A DNA stretch of 64,000 nucleotides from Lama glama (taxonomy: Eukaryota), in NCBI GenBank assembly GCA_028534125.1, contig CM052818.1:23252001-23316000 (forward strand), read 5' to 3'. The stretch's first letter is position 1. Each line of letters opens with the position of its first letter. Both the position numbers and the translations under genes were made by a program. Shown here piece by piece: positions 25,282 to 39,184 of this stretch. Below the pieces are notes generated by a model. The model had not been told where the DNA came from. It made no database searches and saw only the letters and a program-made list of their open reading frames with translations.

Positions 25282-25430
25282 CAGTGCTTCTCACATTTCA
25301 AAGTACCTATGAATTACTTGGGGAACTTGTTAAAATGAAGATTCTGATTCAGTAGGTCTGGGGTGGGCGTGAGACTCTGCATAACAAACTCCCAAGAGAC
25401 CCTGATGGTGCTGATTCAGAAACTACTGGG
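25282..25430. mobile_element. MER5A MITE
   Basis: cagtgcttctca...cttgttaaaatgaagattctgattcagtaggtctggggtggg. Confidence 0.8.
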
Positions 25431-25636
25431 AGGAACAGAGTCCTCCAGTTTGTGCATCTCTTGTCGGTTACCTCCTGGTCCTGGTGGCTTTACTTCTCAC
25501 TCTCTGTTCTATATTCTCTGTTTTTGACAATGGAAAGTTCCCTCTTGAGGGTGCCTTCAACCTCAGACTGTGAAACCCAGGCTTAGGCTATGAGATCTAG
25601 GCTCTTTCCTATTCCAGAAAATCTCCAGTTAGCAAG

Positions 25637-26120
25637 TGTTTTAATTAGGATGAAGTATGGCTGTGAGTCACAAACTGCTGCTCCCGCCCCCCAGATTACA
25701 AAGGCTCAAACTAGGCGCATATTTCTCACTCATATAAGAGGATCCAGAGTTAGGGACTCTAGGGCTGTCTGGTGGGTCTGCAATCATCAGGGACTTAGGC
25801 TCCTTGCATTTTGCTGCTCTGTCATTCTTGGTGTGCTGCCTCATGATTTAAAATGGCTACAAGAGCTCTAGCCATCACATTGCATTTCCACCAGCAGAAA
25901 GAAGAGATACAGTAAGAAAGACAAACCTTTAAGGGTACTTCCTAGCAGTTTTAAATGCCACTTCCATTTATGTCTCACTGATTGGAATTTAGTCACATAT
26001 TTATTTCTAGTTGCAAAGGTGGCTGGGAAGTGTAGTATTTATTCTGGGTGGACAGATGCCAGCTAAAAATTGAGGCATCTTTTGCTAAGGAAGAGGGGAA
26101 CTGATAAGTAATAGTTTTTG
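25637..26120 (-). mobile_element. MLT1J-like MaLR LTR
   Basis: aaaatggctacaagagctctagccatcacattgcatt; agttgcaaaggtggctgggaagtgtagt. Confidence 0.7.
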
Positions 26121-28692
26121 CCATAATCAGAAGGTAGTTTTCTAGAATCTTAAGGCATTCCCTTAGCCTTGGATCCAGAAGATTGGTGGGGTGGTAGCAG
26201 TGGTGGTGATGGGAATAGACAACCTTATCGTTGGCAGCATGGCACTCTTGGAGCTGCAATAACCAATGAACACAGTTTTTTTTTTTTTTAAAGAGAAACC
26301 TTCCAAGAGGAAATTATACCCTCTGATTAGTCTATTCCTTAGATGAAAAGAAAGCAGAATCTTGAGTCCCTAATGATGTCTACACATGCCAGCATTTTCG
26401 CTCAAAGTCCTGTAAAAGCTGCCAGAAATAACCAGGTGACAAAAGAGAAAAGAAAGAAATGGAGACACCCTGAGAAGTCAGAGCCCTGGGGGCTGGGGCA
26501 GGAGCAGACATTTTGTGACATGTGAGCAAAACCAGTCTGCAAGGGTGGAGAGAAACAGCTGCCCCCTCGGTCAGTAGCGGAGCAGCTAAAGACGCAGACA
26601 TTGCTCCCAAGTCTGGGTGCCTGGGTGAGGGTAGAGCTGGGTGGCGGGGGTCAAGGGGAGAGGGAGCAAGAGAGAAGACCCGGCAGTCATCATCACATTT
26701 CAGGTCCTCTGAGGTCTCAGTGCCAGGCTGCAGGGGGGCTGGTCAGTGCAATCCTGAGTCTCAGGGTGGGGAAGAGAAGAGAAATTGACACAGTTTTGGT
26801 GTGTCAGTACCTACATCAGCTCTATGGCTAGGAACCAACATAAAAATTGGCCTGGTATAAACATCCCCAGTCACCAAGTACATAAATGTTATGCTGTCAC
26901 ACTGTATGTGTAATGCACATTGGCATAGTGATGACTCAGAGAAGTCTTGTAAAAACAAACAAAAAAATTGGGTTTGCCCTAGAAATTTTTACTTTTTTTT
27001 TTTTTTGACTATGGAATCCCTTTTTCGTGGAACACTAATTAACTGATTTTTGTCCTACTGTCCCTCACCCTCTAGAAAATCATGCCACGGATAAATAAAC
27101 CAGTTGCCCCGGAGAAAACATTACTATTTTTGGTACTAAATTCAGATAGAGTTACCCCTGAGGACACTTAATGAAAACACTGTGTGATATAATGAACAAT
27201 GTCTTCAACAGCCTTCTTACTCCAAATGTAATAATGCTTTTCATGGGACTGTTTCTTGTAATTACATTAAAAAATGCTGGTGTGGCATCACACCAAAATC
27301 AGTTCAGCAAAAGCAGTTCTGACAGGGCCAGTGTGATGCACTCCAGGTACCCGTGTTTCAGTTGCGCTGCCGGGATCCAGGGACTGGGGCTAGGAAATCT
27401 GAAAGAGTGGATGAACTGCTTATACTTCAAGCAATCCTCTCTGAATAGTGTTATTTCTCAGCAAAGGCTTTTAAGTAAATATTTAGTGGCAGGACATTCA
27501 AACTGTACGTTATAGCTGGACCTTTTCAGGCAGGGCTGTTTATACCCTCTGAGTGCTGATCCACATCTTAACTGACTGTCAAGCTGGGGTGAGGTTGGCA
27601 TCACTTTGGAAAGCTGAGCCCTCCCATCACTACCCACCAGTGAGACCAGAACTCTCCTGAAGTTGCCTTGAGTCCATTCCAGAACATAAATGAGTGAGCA
27701 ACTGGGCCCCCAAAGCCTACTTCATTTAACATGGCTGCAGTAACGCCCATGGCCAAGAACGTTTAAGATCGGTATAACCAGACCCTTGCCACTGCCAAAT
27801 AAAACCTTGGCAAAGCACCAGAGAATGCCTGGCTTTGGGCAATGCTACTGTCAGGATCCTATCCAAGACAAACTCTCCATCAGTGCCAAGGTAACTAAAT
27901 GAAGTAACTCGTACTGGATCGTTATTTATAAATCAGTTCTAATGCGGAATGCCTCTGAGAGATAACATTCTTTGTTTTAAGACAGTTGATCTGTGGGCTT
28001 TCTCTCTGAAAATAATTGGCTAGCATGGCAAATTTATTTTCGGGTCACCTACAATTTGAGGTAATAAAATGTCATCTCTGCACACAAGAATGATTGTCTT
28101 TTTGCTCTGCATGGGGACAGGGGAGGCTGGGTTTGGCATCCAGGATGCCCAAAGGATCATTAGGAAACAAAATAGAAAGAAATGATTCCGGAACATACCC
28201 CTCCTGTGGACTTATCTGGACGCTTTTCACAGCCAGGCGTTGAATCCCACTGACATAGATCCCATCTTCCAGAATCGGTCTAGACAGGCATCAACGGTCC
28301 AAGCTTTAAGGAGAGTCTAGGCCCGGGTCCACTCCAGGTCAACCAACATTGACCATGATCTAACGTGCTCTAGGGACTGAGTATAATAGTGACCGAGTAT
28401 GCCAGTGGATGGAACAGCTGTGTCTGAAGCTTGCATGCTCCCTCAAGTGTAAGAATTTGATATTTGCTGAGATATGCATTGGATTTGCTGACAGTGCAAA
28501 CCTGCAGTGGGGAGAGAGCCTCTTATTAATGGTCTGTAGCATTTGTGTTGTTTTCCACCGTGGAAGTGAAAGGAATCTTTTATGTGTATGTTTATCTGAG
28601 AAGTAGATCCTCCCCCAAAGCCAACTCCTGTTGCTAGGGGAAGAATTGAAGTTTAGGACAAGAGATATTTTGGATAAGTTAGAGTGAAATAT

Positions 28693-28715
28693 CACACACA
28701 CACACACACACACAC
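28693..28715. repeat. (CA)n microsatellite
   Basis: Seen directly. Confidence 0.95.
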
Positions 28716-29504
28716 GGATGGTAATTTGGTACGTGATAAATGTGGCATTGCCAATAAGAGGGAAGAAAGGGTAGATTATTCAATAAGTGAGATTGGCACC
28801 ATAAAATATTTAGGGAAAAAAATTGGTTTCCCTTTTTTCTCCCACATATATAAATTTATCCTAGATGTAATAAAGAGCCAAACTACCCCCAAAACAAAAC
28901 AACACAAAAAGACCTTCAAAGTATCTGAAGAAAATATAAATGAATATTTTATTAACTTCAGAAGTAACAAAGGAAACCACAAAGGAGACATTTGTTATAT
29001 TTGCATAAACATCAAAACCTACACAAAAAAGATACCATAAACAAAATCAAAAAACAAATGACAGCCTGGGAGAGTGTATTTATAACATATGTACAGACAA
29101 AGGGTTAATAACCACAAAATAGAGTTTTTATAAAGTATCAATTAAAAAACAACCCCAAAATACATACAAAATGTGAATAGGCAGTTTGTAGTAAAAAATC
29201 AGAAAGACCACAAACTTGACTAGTAATCAGAGAACTAGAAGTTATCAGTGAGATGTTTCTCTAATACCAGATTGATAGAAATTTGGGACTGTTTAAAATC
29301 TTCCATGTTGCCTGGGTGAGGGGAATTTTTTTGGTGGCGTGGAATGCAAACCCCACCCTTAGGACAGCAATGCGGAGGCAGAGGCAAGCAGAGCTTTTAA
29401 TGTGCAAATCATCTAACCCCGGTGAGCACTTGCACGTGGGCCCAAAGAGGCATGTGGAAGGAGGTATTTTGCAACACGAGGGAAATATAGAAATACTTGA
29501 AATG

Positions 29505-29661
29505 AGACATAGGGTATAGCTCAGTGGTAGAGCATGTGCTTAGCGTGCATGAAGTCCTGGGTTCATTCCCCAGTACTGCCATTGGGAAAAAATATGTATA
29601 AACGAACCTAATTCCCTATTCCTCCCCCCAAAAAGCAAAAAACAAAACAAAACAAACAAAC
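29505..29661 (+). mobile_element. Camelid Vic-1-like SINE, long form
   Basis: gggtatagctcagtggtagagc...gtcctgggttc; cctaattccc tail; TSD agaaatac(t/c)tgaaatg at 29489-29504 and 29662-29677. Confidence 0.9.
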
Positions 29662-29861
29662 AGAAATACCTGAAATGCCAGTTCCTAGGCAGGGCTCTGT
29701 GATGGAATATGAAGCAACACTTAGAAGGATGAGGAACGTACTGGCATAGAGAGGTCTGCTAGTTAGAAGAGAAAGTACACGTTGCACATGGCATGAATGG
29801 CATGAAACCATGTGATGCAGGTCTCCAGACATGTAGGTCTGTAAGGAACAGGTGATACTAA

Positions 29862-29864
<3 letters not shown>

Positions 29865-29905
<41 letters not shown>
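29865..29905. repeat. (GT)20 microsatellite
   Basis: Seen directly. Confidence 0.95.
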
Positions 29906-29907
<2 letters not shown>

Positions 29908-30256
29908 CTCTTAGTAGGCAAGTGTGATGGGCTAGGGAGAAGACTGATGAAAGGGAACTTTACTTTTTTCTGTATCTACTTATGTGTTGTTTAACATACA
30001 CACAAACATACATACACAAGAATGTGTTCGTGTATTTCTTGCTTTATTTGAAAAATAAAGATCACACACACACAGAAGGGAATGTGGCATTCTGCAGTGG
30101 CTTGGACACTTGAAGTGAGTGATTCTGTTCTGCTCTCCAGTCACTCATTCATTCCTTTAACAAATATTTCTGAGTGCCTACTATGTGCCCAATGCTGAAA
30201 CTAGACTAGAGAAAGCTATCGGGAAAACTATTTCAATGAGTGCTCTGGTTAGTTAC

Positions 30257-30652
30257 TGCGTTAGTCAGCTCGGGCTGCCATAACAAAATACCACAGACTG
30301 GGAGGTGTAAACAACAGAAATTAAGTTTCCCATCGCTCTGGGGCTGGAAGGCCAGGATCAGGATGCCTGCATGGTTGGGTTCACGTGAGAACTCTCTTCT
30401 GGCTTGTAGATGGCTGCCTTCTTGCTGTGTCCTCACATAACAGAGGGAGAGAGAAAGATAGAGGAAGAGATTGAGAGAACTCTTCCTCTTCTTACAAGGG
30501 CACTAATCCCATCATACGAGCCCCACCCTCATGACCTCATCTATTCCTAATTATCTCCCAAAGGCCCCACCTCCAAATACCATCACATTGTAGGGAAAGG
30601 GGGGCTAGGGCTTCAACATATGAATCTGGGGGGATATATTCAGTCCATAATG
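30257..30652 (-). mobile_element. MLT1A-type MaLR solo LTR
   Basis: ttagtcagctcgggctgccataacaaaataccacagactggg...caacatatgaat...ttcagtccata. Confidence 0.9.
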
Positions 30653-30880
30653 ATGATACATTCTGGAGCATGTCAAAAATTAAAATTTGACGGGATTTCA
30701 AGGTACAGCAGATATAAAATCATGTAGATCACCACTGACAGAATGTACGAAGGAAACTGAATTCTTGACATCACCTTGTTCATCTTGAGAATATAAAATG
30801 GCTGAGGCAGTGGAGAAAGAATAGAAGAGCAAAGAGTTTTCTCTGGAGGGAGCTGTTACAGTGCTCTGACTCTCTCCCCT

Positions 30881-30882
<2 letters not shown>

Positions 30883-30912
<30 letters not shown>
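30883..30912. repeat. (GT)15 microsatellite
   Basis: Seen directly. Confidence 0.95.
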
Positions 30913-30915
<3 letters not shown>

Positions 30916-31964
30916 TTAGTAAAAGACACACCAGACAGATGGAGACTAACCACCCCACTCTCACCCTTCCCACCAAAGGCTTTCAGCCTAAAGCAAAGTG
31001 GAGCTGCGGTGAGGGGAGGGAGGAAGGCATGCTCTTAAGTCAAGTTTAGTTATTATACAGAAATGAGCATTCAGTTTATTGAGTCAGGCCTGTGTCTGTC
31101 ACTTCGAGTGACTTAGTGTGTCAGCCACCCAGGCCTGAGCTAAAAAGTCATGGACCTACAAGGAGTTTTTATTTCGTGGTAGAGGAAGACTGCCCACATG
31201 GAATCAGGTTTAAAGGGATAATGAGAGACGAAAATAAAACTGTGCTTTGATTACATCATAAGTCATGCGTGGTCAATATACCGGTTACATATAATTGCTC
31301 ATCAAGCAAGAGGCAAAGCTGTAGAGTCGGTGGAAAGGGAGGGTGATGTGTGCTGCGAGGCTGTACACAGGATACCTGTGGCTTTTCATCTAAATGTGAT
31401 TCTTGAGCCAGCCAGGCGTCTGTCCGGGCTTAGCTGTATTTGTGAATTTGGAGATGCACCAAGACCCCCTGATGGACCTCTTGCAGATGCCGAGGGTTTA
31501 CTATGGTACATTCTGGAAGGTTTTCCACTAAAAAAAAAAAAAAATCCAGTTAAAATTATGCCTTGGCACCTGAAACATCAGCCTCCATTTACTCAGAAAA
31601 TGAAGCTGTCTGGTTGGAATTCACTGCTGCAGTATTTTGAGATTCTGCTAAGCCATCGCCGTCCCTGGAGGTTCATGAAAGCCTCTCTGCAGGTTTGGAG
31701 AAGGCATCTAAAAGACCTGCTGGCCCTCCCAGCCCCGGGGAGAATGTCTCCTGGCAAGTGCTTCCCCTCTTCCTCTTTCCAGATTCAGCTCAAATGTCAT
31801 CTTGGTGAAGATTTTCCCATTTCTATGGCTGGGTCAATTACTTCTTTCTCTGGATTCCAGCTGAACAGTCTACATACTTGTTAATACATTTGTATTATAT
31901 GGTACGTATCTATTTGCTTATCTGCTCTCCCACAAGACCTTCAGCTTCTTGAAGGTAAGAAATA

Positions 31965-32163
31965 CTTTATGTCGTTAGTTTTAAGATACATATCCCCCCT
32001 CCCCAACATTTTTGCATTTCTGAAATTAGGATTGCTTTTCATGGCATGTCATAGTTTAATTAGCATTATCTTTTCTCTGTGGTATGTACTTACTTTTTAG
32101 TGGTACATACAGTAATGGTATGTCTCACAGTTGATGATGACTTAGAGTTAATGATATGTGGCA
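31965..32163 (+). mobile_element. MER104-like Tc2/mariner MITE inserted in an L2
   Basis: atggcatgtcatagtttaatt...ttagtggtacatacagtaatggt; L2 tail sequence on both sides. Confidence 0.65.
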
Positions 32164-32337
32164 TATTTAATTTATCATTGTCACCTTAAACAGCTAGTAC
32201 ACAGCCTGGTATGTAGTAGGTGCTCCATAAGTACATGAAACTAACAGATTTTTGTGATGGACTTCACCAGCAAGAGTCACTGATCTGAGTAATTCTGGCA
32301 TTGGGGAGCAAAGCCATAGGTGGCTGACTTAAGGGAT

Positions 32338-33280
32338 GTACTAATTAGGGTAACCCCAGCTGCTGTAACAACTAGATCTCCAAACTGCATAGTGACTCAG
32401 ACTCCGAAGGAATTTATTTCTTGCTAACATGAGCTGTCCAGATCAGGAGCTCCTTTTTGGTGGTGGCTGTCCTCAGTGTGATGTTTCAGGAATACAGGCT
32501 CCCTCCATGTTGTGCTTCCATCATTCTCCAGGGCCTCTCATCACCCTCCCTATCCCAGCAGAAGGGTAAAGAGAGTGTAGAAGGCAGGGCCGCTTTTTGA
32601 AAGTCTTGTTCTGGAAATGATCCATATCACTTCTGTCTATATTCCGCTGGTGAGAATTCGTCTTGTACCACAGCTGAGTACAAGCCAGGGAGTGGGGACC
32701 AGGGACTGTGATCCCTCGTCGGGCATCCGTTTCCCAGTAACAACCCTCCAGGATGGAGTGGGAGCGTGTGCTTTGGTGGGCAGCTAGCTCTCTCTAGCCA
32801 AGGGAACTGCTGGACTCTTGCCTGTGTCAGGTAGGGTTGTCTGCTTCTTGTTGCAGGTTTAATTTTGGCTTCCAACTCCAACTGTACTAGCCAATAATTC
32901 CTTTGTTGCAAGAGACAGAAACCCAACTCTGACCAGCTTTCGTAAAAGTGGAAACACCCTGGTTAGATGTGGTTGGACCCAAATGATGTCGATTGTCTTT
33001 CTCGCTCTCCTCTCTGCATTTCACTGTACTGGTCTTAATTCATAAACAAGAACTCTCCACAAGATGCCTTCCTGGGTTCTTTTAGCCCATAATCTTAACA
33101 GAAAGGAGGAAGCTCTTTTCCTCAGATCCCTATTAGTACAAACCAAACCAAAAATTCATGTGGCTCTAACCAGGTCATATGACCACTCCTGGACCAATGG
33201 CTGTGTCCAGGGGGGTGCTGTGTTCTGAATGAACATCTTGACAGCCCCACCAGAGTCACCTGGAATGCATGGGGGAAGGG
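32338..33280 (-). mobile_element. Two adjacent old MaLR LTRs (MLT1I/J and MLT1K-like)
   Basis: cagctgctgtaacaa start; gttgcaagagacagaaacccaactc start; ggtcatatgaccactcctggaccaat. Confidence 0.65.
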
Positions 33281-34738
33281 GCAGCTCCTAACAGGAAGAA
33301 GAAGAACAGACAAAAAGTGAAAGTTGTCCACTGTTCCCAGCACCACTCCAGCTTCATCTTCAGCCACTCCCTACTCTGCAGCACCCCAAATGGATGCCAT
33401 TTCTCAAAATAGACCCCTTCAAGATTCCTTGCTGCACACCCTTTCTGAAATGACCTCTCCTGTGCTTCTCCCTTATTCGTCCATCAAGACCGGATCATGG
33501 TTGTCTCTGCAAAGTGATGTTTGACACCCCAGCCTCACCCCAGCCAGCCTGGTTACAACTACCAAAGGGGTTTTGCATTCAAACTGAGCTTTGAGGCTGC
33601 ATCTCAGGCCCAAACAAAAGTGGGCTCTGTGGTCCTGCTACACTGGCCACACCTGCAATTGGGAGCTGGCTGGCCTGGGAACAGCCTGCAATGTGTCATG
33701 TCAGCAGAGGTATAAAATGCCATCTTGTCCAAGACAAACATCAGTGCCAGAGAGCTCCTCGTCCTCATCACACAGGGACTGAGTTGGGGAGAGGGCTGCA
33801 AGGAGCTGGCTGCCCACAAAGCTCCAATTAGCCCCCAAATTATCTCCCGCGTCACGTGTGCAAGGATTTCTAACCAAAATTTGCTGGAAAATGGATTCTC
33901 AATGCTTCTGTCTATTTACCTAATACTTAACCCAAGGATAACAACACACATACAAATTTAAAATAAAACACATGTTGGGTTTTTTTCTAAAATAAAAATT
34001 TGAAACAGATGGTCTCTTTTAAGACAAATATTTATTCCCCTGACATTTTTTTTCACTTACATGTTTATATTTTTAAATATAGGCTTTATGCAGAGACCTT
34101 AGCAATGTCACGATAATAAAATCCATGTTGTTCATAATTGTCTATTTCCTATAAATGCATGGCTGAAAGCAACCTCAAGAAGCTATCTTTGGCATCCCCC
34201 TCCTCCAGGCAGGCCAACGTGTGACCAGCTGAGACCAACTGGTGTTTATTCTGTTTATCTTGGAGGCTTTTGAGGAAGGAAGCTGTAAACTCTTTCTTAC
34301 TGAGCTCATGGACTCTCCATTGAGTTTTAGATCCCTTGGCTGAGTGAAGAGTTCTTGCATAGGGCAGAGTTCAGAGCAAAGCTTCTCAGAGTGTTTTCCC
34401 CCTGGTGTCTGCCTCGTTACACTCTTGTCAGTCCCACCTTGTTATTTGCTGTGCAACCAAAGTGACGTTGGGTTTCATTGTCTTCATTGTCATCTATTAA
34501 GATCCCTTTGTGCATATCTCTGATAGGGTCAGCTGTCATCTTGGCCAGGGCCACTATGTTTTCTTCCGCTAAGGTAGGTGAGTGTCAAAAGGGAGAATAA
34601 ATAGATGTATGAGATATTAGGCAGAAAAAGATGGATACTATTTAGAAATCATTGATAAGAAGGAGACAGACATTAGGCTGAAGTATATGACTTAAAGATC
34701 TTTCCTTTGTGAGAAGTACATTGATTTTTCTGCATTCC

Positions 34739-35190
34739 TGTATCAGTTAGCTTTTGCTGTGTAACAAACTACTAAAGCATACTGCCTTAAAATAGCAGTG
34801 TTCTTTCTTACTATTCTGTAGGTAGGCTAGGCATACTGTCTGGTCTGGACTATCCTGACTGGGAGTAGATAGCCTAGGGTAGCCTCACATTCATGTTTGG
34901 TGGTTGGTTCTAGGTCATCTGAAGTGACAAAGAACACTTGGTCTCATGTTTCTCATTGTTCAGCAGGCTGACCTGGGTTTGTTCACATTGTGGTGGTTGC
35001 AAGTTCCCCAAGAACAGCAAGCGAGAGCAAGAAAGCCCCAACGCACAAGTGCATTTCAAGTCTCTGTTTAGATTTTGCTTGCTATTGTCCCATCAGCCAA
35101 AGTAAGTCACAAGGCCAGCTCAGAGTCAGGGCAGGAGGGCACATCAAAGGGCATGGACAGAGGGAGGCCATCTTTGCAAGCTTTCCATGC
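34739..35190 (-). mobile_element. MLT1F/G/H-type MaLR LTR
   Basis: tgtatcagttagcttttgctgtgtaacaaac; ccaaagtaagtcacaaggccagc. Confidence 0.75.
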
Positions 35191-35589
35191 TTCCACCTGA
35201 GGTTGGGAGAAGGAAGATGTACTTTTTTGGCTCCTATAAAATCCAGGTGGCCTGACAACTTTCTTGTAGAAAGAAAATCTTGCAGTTTCTTACCCCAGAT
35301 CTCATCGTCGCTGAGTATTTGATTCAGTGATACTCTTCCATGCCAGTCTTTCACACAGTCTCCTTTTGACAAGGACTTGTATATCTCTAACATCCAGCAT
35401 AGGGCTGGGCAGGTAGCAAATGTTCAATAAATAGTTTAGAATGAATAAATAAATGAACAAAAACCTGTTTTCCTAAGAGAGGTTGTGCTAATTTGATTTG
35501 AGTTCACCGTAACTTCATTATTTGCTTGATAACTAAAGACATGAAAAAACTGGCCTCCAACCATCCCAGGTAGGAAGTAGTTTGAAAAC

Positions 35590-36192
35590 CTAGATCAGAT
35601 CAAGACCCTCTCTTGCTTAAATGTCTTGAAAGGCTTTCTTTTATGTTTATAATAAAATCCAAATTCCTTACTATGGCTTAAAAACTCAACATGATCTGGT
35701 ACCTGCATCTCCTACCTCATCCCATTATTTCTTCTCATCCTCTCTTATGAACCAAGGTCAGCCATTATGCCCTTCTTTCTGTTCTTAGAACACATATATA
35801 TGTCTCCCCTCCCACTTAGAGCTTTTCTACTTGGAATGCTGCCCTTCCTTTCCCTCCCCCAGCCCCTCATATCCTTATAGGCTGATTCCTTCTTTTCATT
35901 TCAAACTTCAGCTTAAATGTCATCCTTCAAGTAGGCCATCTCTGATCATCTGCATTAGGGTACCTACTCAGCCACTGTCTATCTCCAAACCATTTCAATC
36001 CTCTGCATAGCTCTTGGCACTATCTAATGTTACCCCCATTTATTTATCTGTTTTGTTTCTTTGTCTGTATTTTGTCCTCCATCTCCCACTAGAGTGTTAG
36101 TTCCAGGATAGTACCTTGTCCATCCTGTTCACTACTGCATCTCCAGCATCTAGAACATGGACTAGCCCATAGTATGTGCTCAAGAAATACTG
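35590..36192 (+). mobile_element. L2 LINE 3' region
   Basis: aataaaatccaaattcctta...cagcttaaatgtca...tctccagcatctagaaca...tgctcaagaaata. Confidence 0.85.
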
Positions 36193-37225
36193 GAGGTGAT
36201 GGGAGACTTTGAGCTGATCTTTTAGATCTTAATTTCTTATTTCTCCTTGGTTGAATTGGCAAACAAAAAAGAAAACCCTCCACTAAATTACTTAGGGGTA
36301 ATGTTATCTGGTTCCTTCTCTGTATCAATTTCCTACAACATAAGGTAAGATACTACCTAATACGGACATACAGGGACTAACTGCTAGAGAATCTCCATGG
36401 GCAGTGGTTGTTTTAAAAAAAAAATCAAGAACAAAAACTAAAACTCAAGGAACAAAATATTAACATGACATCACAATGAGTTATTTTTATGGTTCCTTTT
36501 ATGGCAATAGCTCTACAGTGTGACCTTTTCTTAAAAATATTTGAAAAGTTAAAAAAAACTCAAACCAAATAGCGTTGAAGGGCTTATAATGAAAAACAAC
36601 GGTCTCCTGCTCTTCCCACCCCACACCCCTGCCTCCTGTTCTGCTACTGAGAGACATTCACTTTTATCTGTTTCTGCTTTTAGTTCTAAATCGTATCTAA
36701 ATAATGTGCTTAGATGCTTCTCCCTTGATTTATCAACTTCAGGCATTATCTTCTGACTTCTGGTGGTGATGGATGAGGCCCTAGCTCTCCACAGCTTTCT
36801 TTCATGTTGCAGGCTTTCCTCAGGATCAGGGGCTCTTTGGTAGTTGTTCACATGTGAAAACGAAGGGCAAAGAAGTATGCTTGGGGGTTCTATGTTTACG
36901 GCGGGGGTCACGGGGGTCACTGGCAGCTTTGGTCAGAGTGAGTGTGAAGGCTGGGGGTGATGCTGGCCATCGTGCTGTGGGTTTCTGAAGCACTGGGAAG
37001 CTGGAGCTTTCCGTACTGGGGTCCCAACAGCAACCCCTGCTGTTCCTGTTTTCCTAGACAATGAAATTTCCTTAGAGAAGTGCTCTCCTCACCTCTGTTT
37101 TCTGGTCCCCTCCCCTCTACCCCATCTCCTCTCTCTTTTTGCCCTCTCTAGCCTAGGATTCAGAGCCTCGTTGCAGGTCATTCTGTCAGCCAATGTTGGG
37201 GCGGAGGTCAGAGTATCATTTCCTG

Positions 37226-37360
37226 TTTATTTATTTATTTGTTGGGGGTGGGAGGTAATTAGGTTTACTTATTTATTTTTAGAGGAGGTACTGGGGATTG
37301 AACCCAGGACCTTGTGTATGCTAAGCATATGCTCTATCACTTGAGCTATACCCTCCTCTC
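37226..37360 (-). mobile_element. Camelid Vic-1-like SINE, long form
   Basis: gggaggtaattaggttt...gaggtactggggattgaacccaggacc...gagctataccc. Confidence 0.9.
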
Positions 37361-39184
37361 CTCTCCCCCATTTTGCATTCTGTATGCAGATTTTGAATTA
37401 ATCGCTTACTTCTCACTCTCATCACCCAGCTTGTCTTCTGTCTCCAAGTCACAGCTTTCTCCAGGGTATGGCCAAGAAGGTTCTGGGAGGTCAGGACTCC
37501 TACTCTGCCACCTACTTTGCTTCATCAGTGAATTATCTTCCACTGACTTTAAGTTTCCTAAAAATGGGCTGAAATTCTTCCTTTGTGAAGAACACCTTCC
37601 CATTTTCTTCCTTATTAAGAGTGAACACCTTAAAAATTAATTTTAATGGGGGCCTCATAAAGGAGAGAAGGTGAACGCATGTGCTCATCTACAATCTTTA
37701 GTCGTAATATCTTGACTCTTTCACTTAAAAACTTTCTTCTATGCTGTTCAACTTAGATCTTTATCATTTCTTTTAAAGATAATTATTCTATAGATTTTCG
37801 CACTGGTCCTTTGTCATGATGCCCTTTGTCCTGCTGCAATAAGATACATTTTTTCTTCACTCGCTCTACTCTGCAGTCCTGGAGCGCCAGCCTAAGCAGT
37901 TGGTCTGAAGGTCTTTTCCCCAACTTGGCAAGTTCCTGATTATTTTCACTGCCCACTTGATGCCATCAGCACATTTTCTGGGAGCCTTTGATCAGAGCAG
38001 CAAACTGTGTTCTTTCATCAAGCCAAAGGCTTCCTGATGGTTTAGTCACCTCCTTGTCAAACTGGGGGATTCCCAAGGAGGTGAATAAAGATTTCTGAAT
38101 TAAATAGATCTTCCTTATTGACAAGACTGCCTCCTCCAGCAGATTGGAGGCATCCTATTTACTCCTATAACTCTTCTAGTAGTTAAGAGTTCTGAGATTT
38201 AGACATATGTGATGAATACAAATAGTGGTGGGGTCAGGGGCAGGGGTCGTCAGGTGGCACAGGTGCAAGGTGACAACAGCAGTGGAATCTGGGCTGGCTG
38301 GGTGGCAGCCAGCGTTGGTCCTAACCTCAGAGAGGTGCTCTCTCTAACCATATTTAGGCATCCTTGACTTGGAAAGTTTGGATTTTTATCTTTGTGGGAT
38401 AGCTCTGGCTTTCTTGAAGAAGGCCTATAGAGGCAAATGAAACAAACCCGTCACCCTCTGAGCAATGCTGATAATAATGATGGTTCCAGAAAAATGCAGC
38501 TCAGGGTCAATGGACGTGACAAAGTTTGTTGGCCTCAAGCAGGGCTCACAAGTTTGAGCTGTTCTTTTAGTTCCCTCAGAGGATTACCACATTCTAACTT
38601 GAACCAATTCCAGCCTTTACTGGAAACTACAAATGGAAAGTCCAGTACTGAGTATAAGATATTAGGAATAAAAATCTGGCTATGGTTAAGAAAAGGGTGG
38701 AGCCAGAACAGTTATCAAGGCCAACACTTTAAATATGGGAAATAACTTAAATATGCAAAAATAGCAAATGAGTTAAGATAGTTGTATTGCAAATATATTA
38801 TCAAATAATATGTAGCTATTAAAATCTTATAGAACACTTAGCAATATGGACGACTATAAATTTTATGTGTGGTATTATTCCATTTTTAATTGAAAATACA
38901 TTTTACATACCTATATTTCCTATAAATGCATTGTTTTTGTTTTTGTTTTTGTAAGCACTCTCAAGATGGTAAGATGAGTGGAATTTTTTTTTCCTATTCT
39001 GGATTCTCTGTGTTTTTATCGTTGAACAAGTGAGCATATTTTGTTTTTCAATGAGACATTTTATCCTAACATTACTAGTTCATTATACTGGTCATAGAAT
39101 TTATTATAATAAAATATCTCATTGACAAATAATACACGTTCACTTGCTCAATGGTGAAAGTATAGAAAAAAAAGTAGTGTATAC

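Larger units (their letters stand above)
28716..30060 (+). mobile_element. Ancient L1M (ORF2 3' part and 3' UTR), interrupted
   Basis: A-rich; gataccataaacaaaatcaaaaaacaaatgacagcctgggag and acagacaaagggttaata motifs. Confidence 0.7.

Noticed and set aside
31330..31884. 184-aa ORF
   Set aside because: Runs through a poly-A tract and into an L2 remnant
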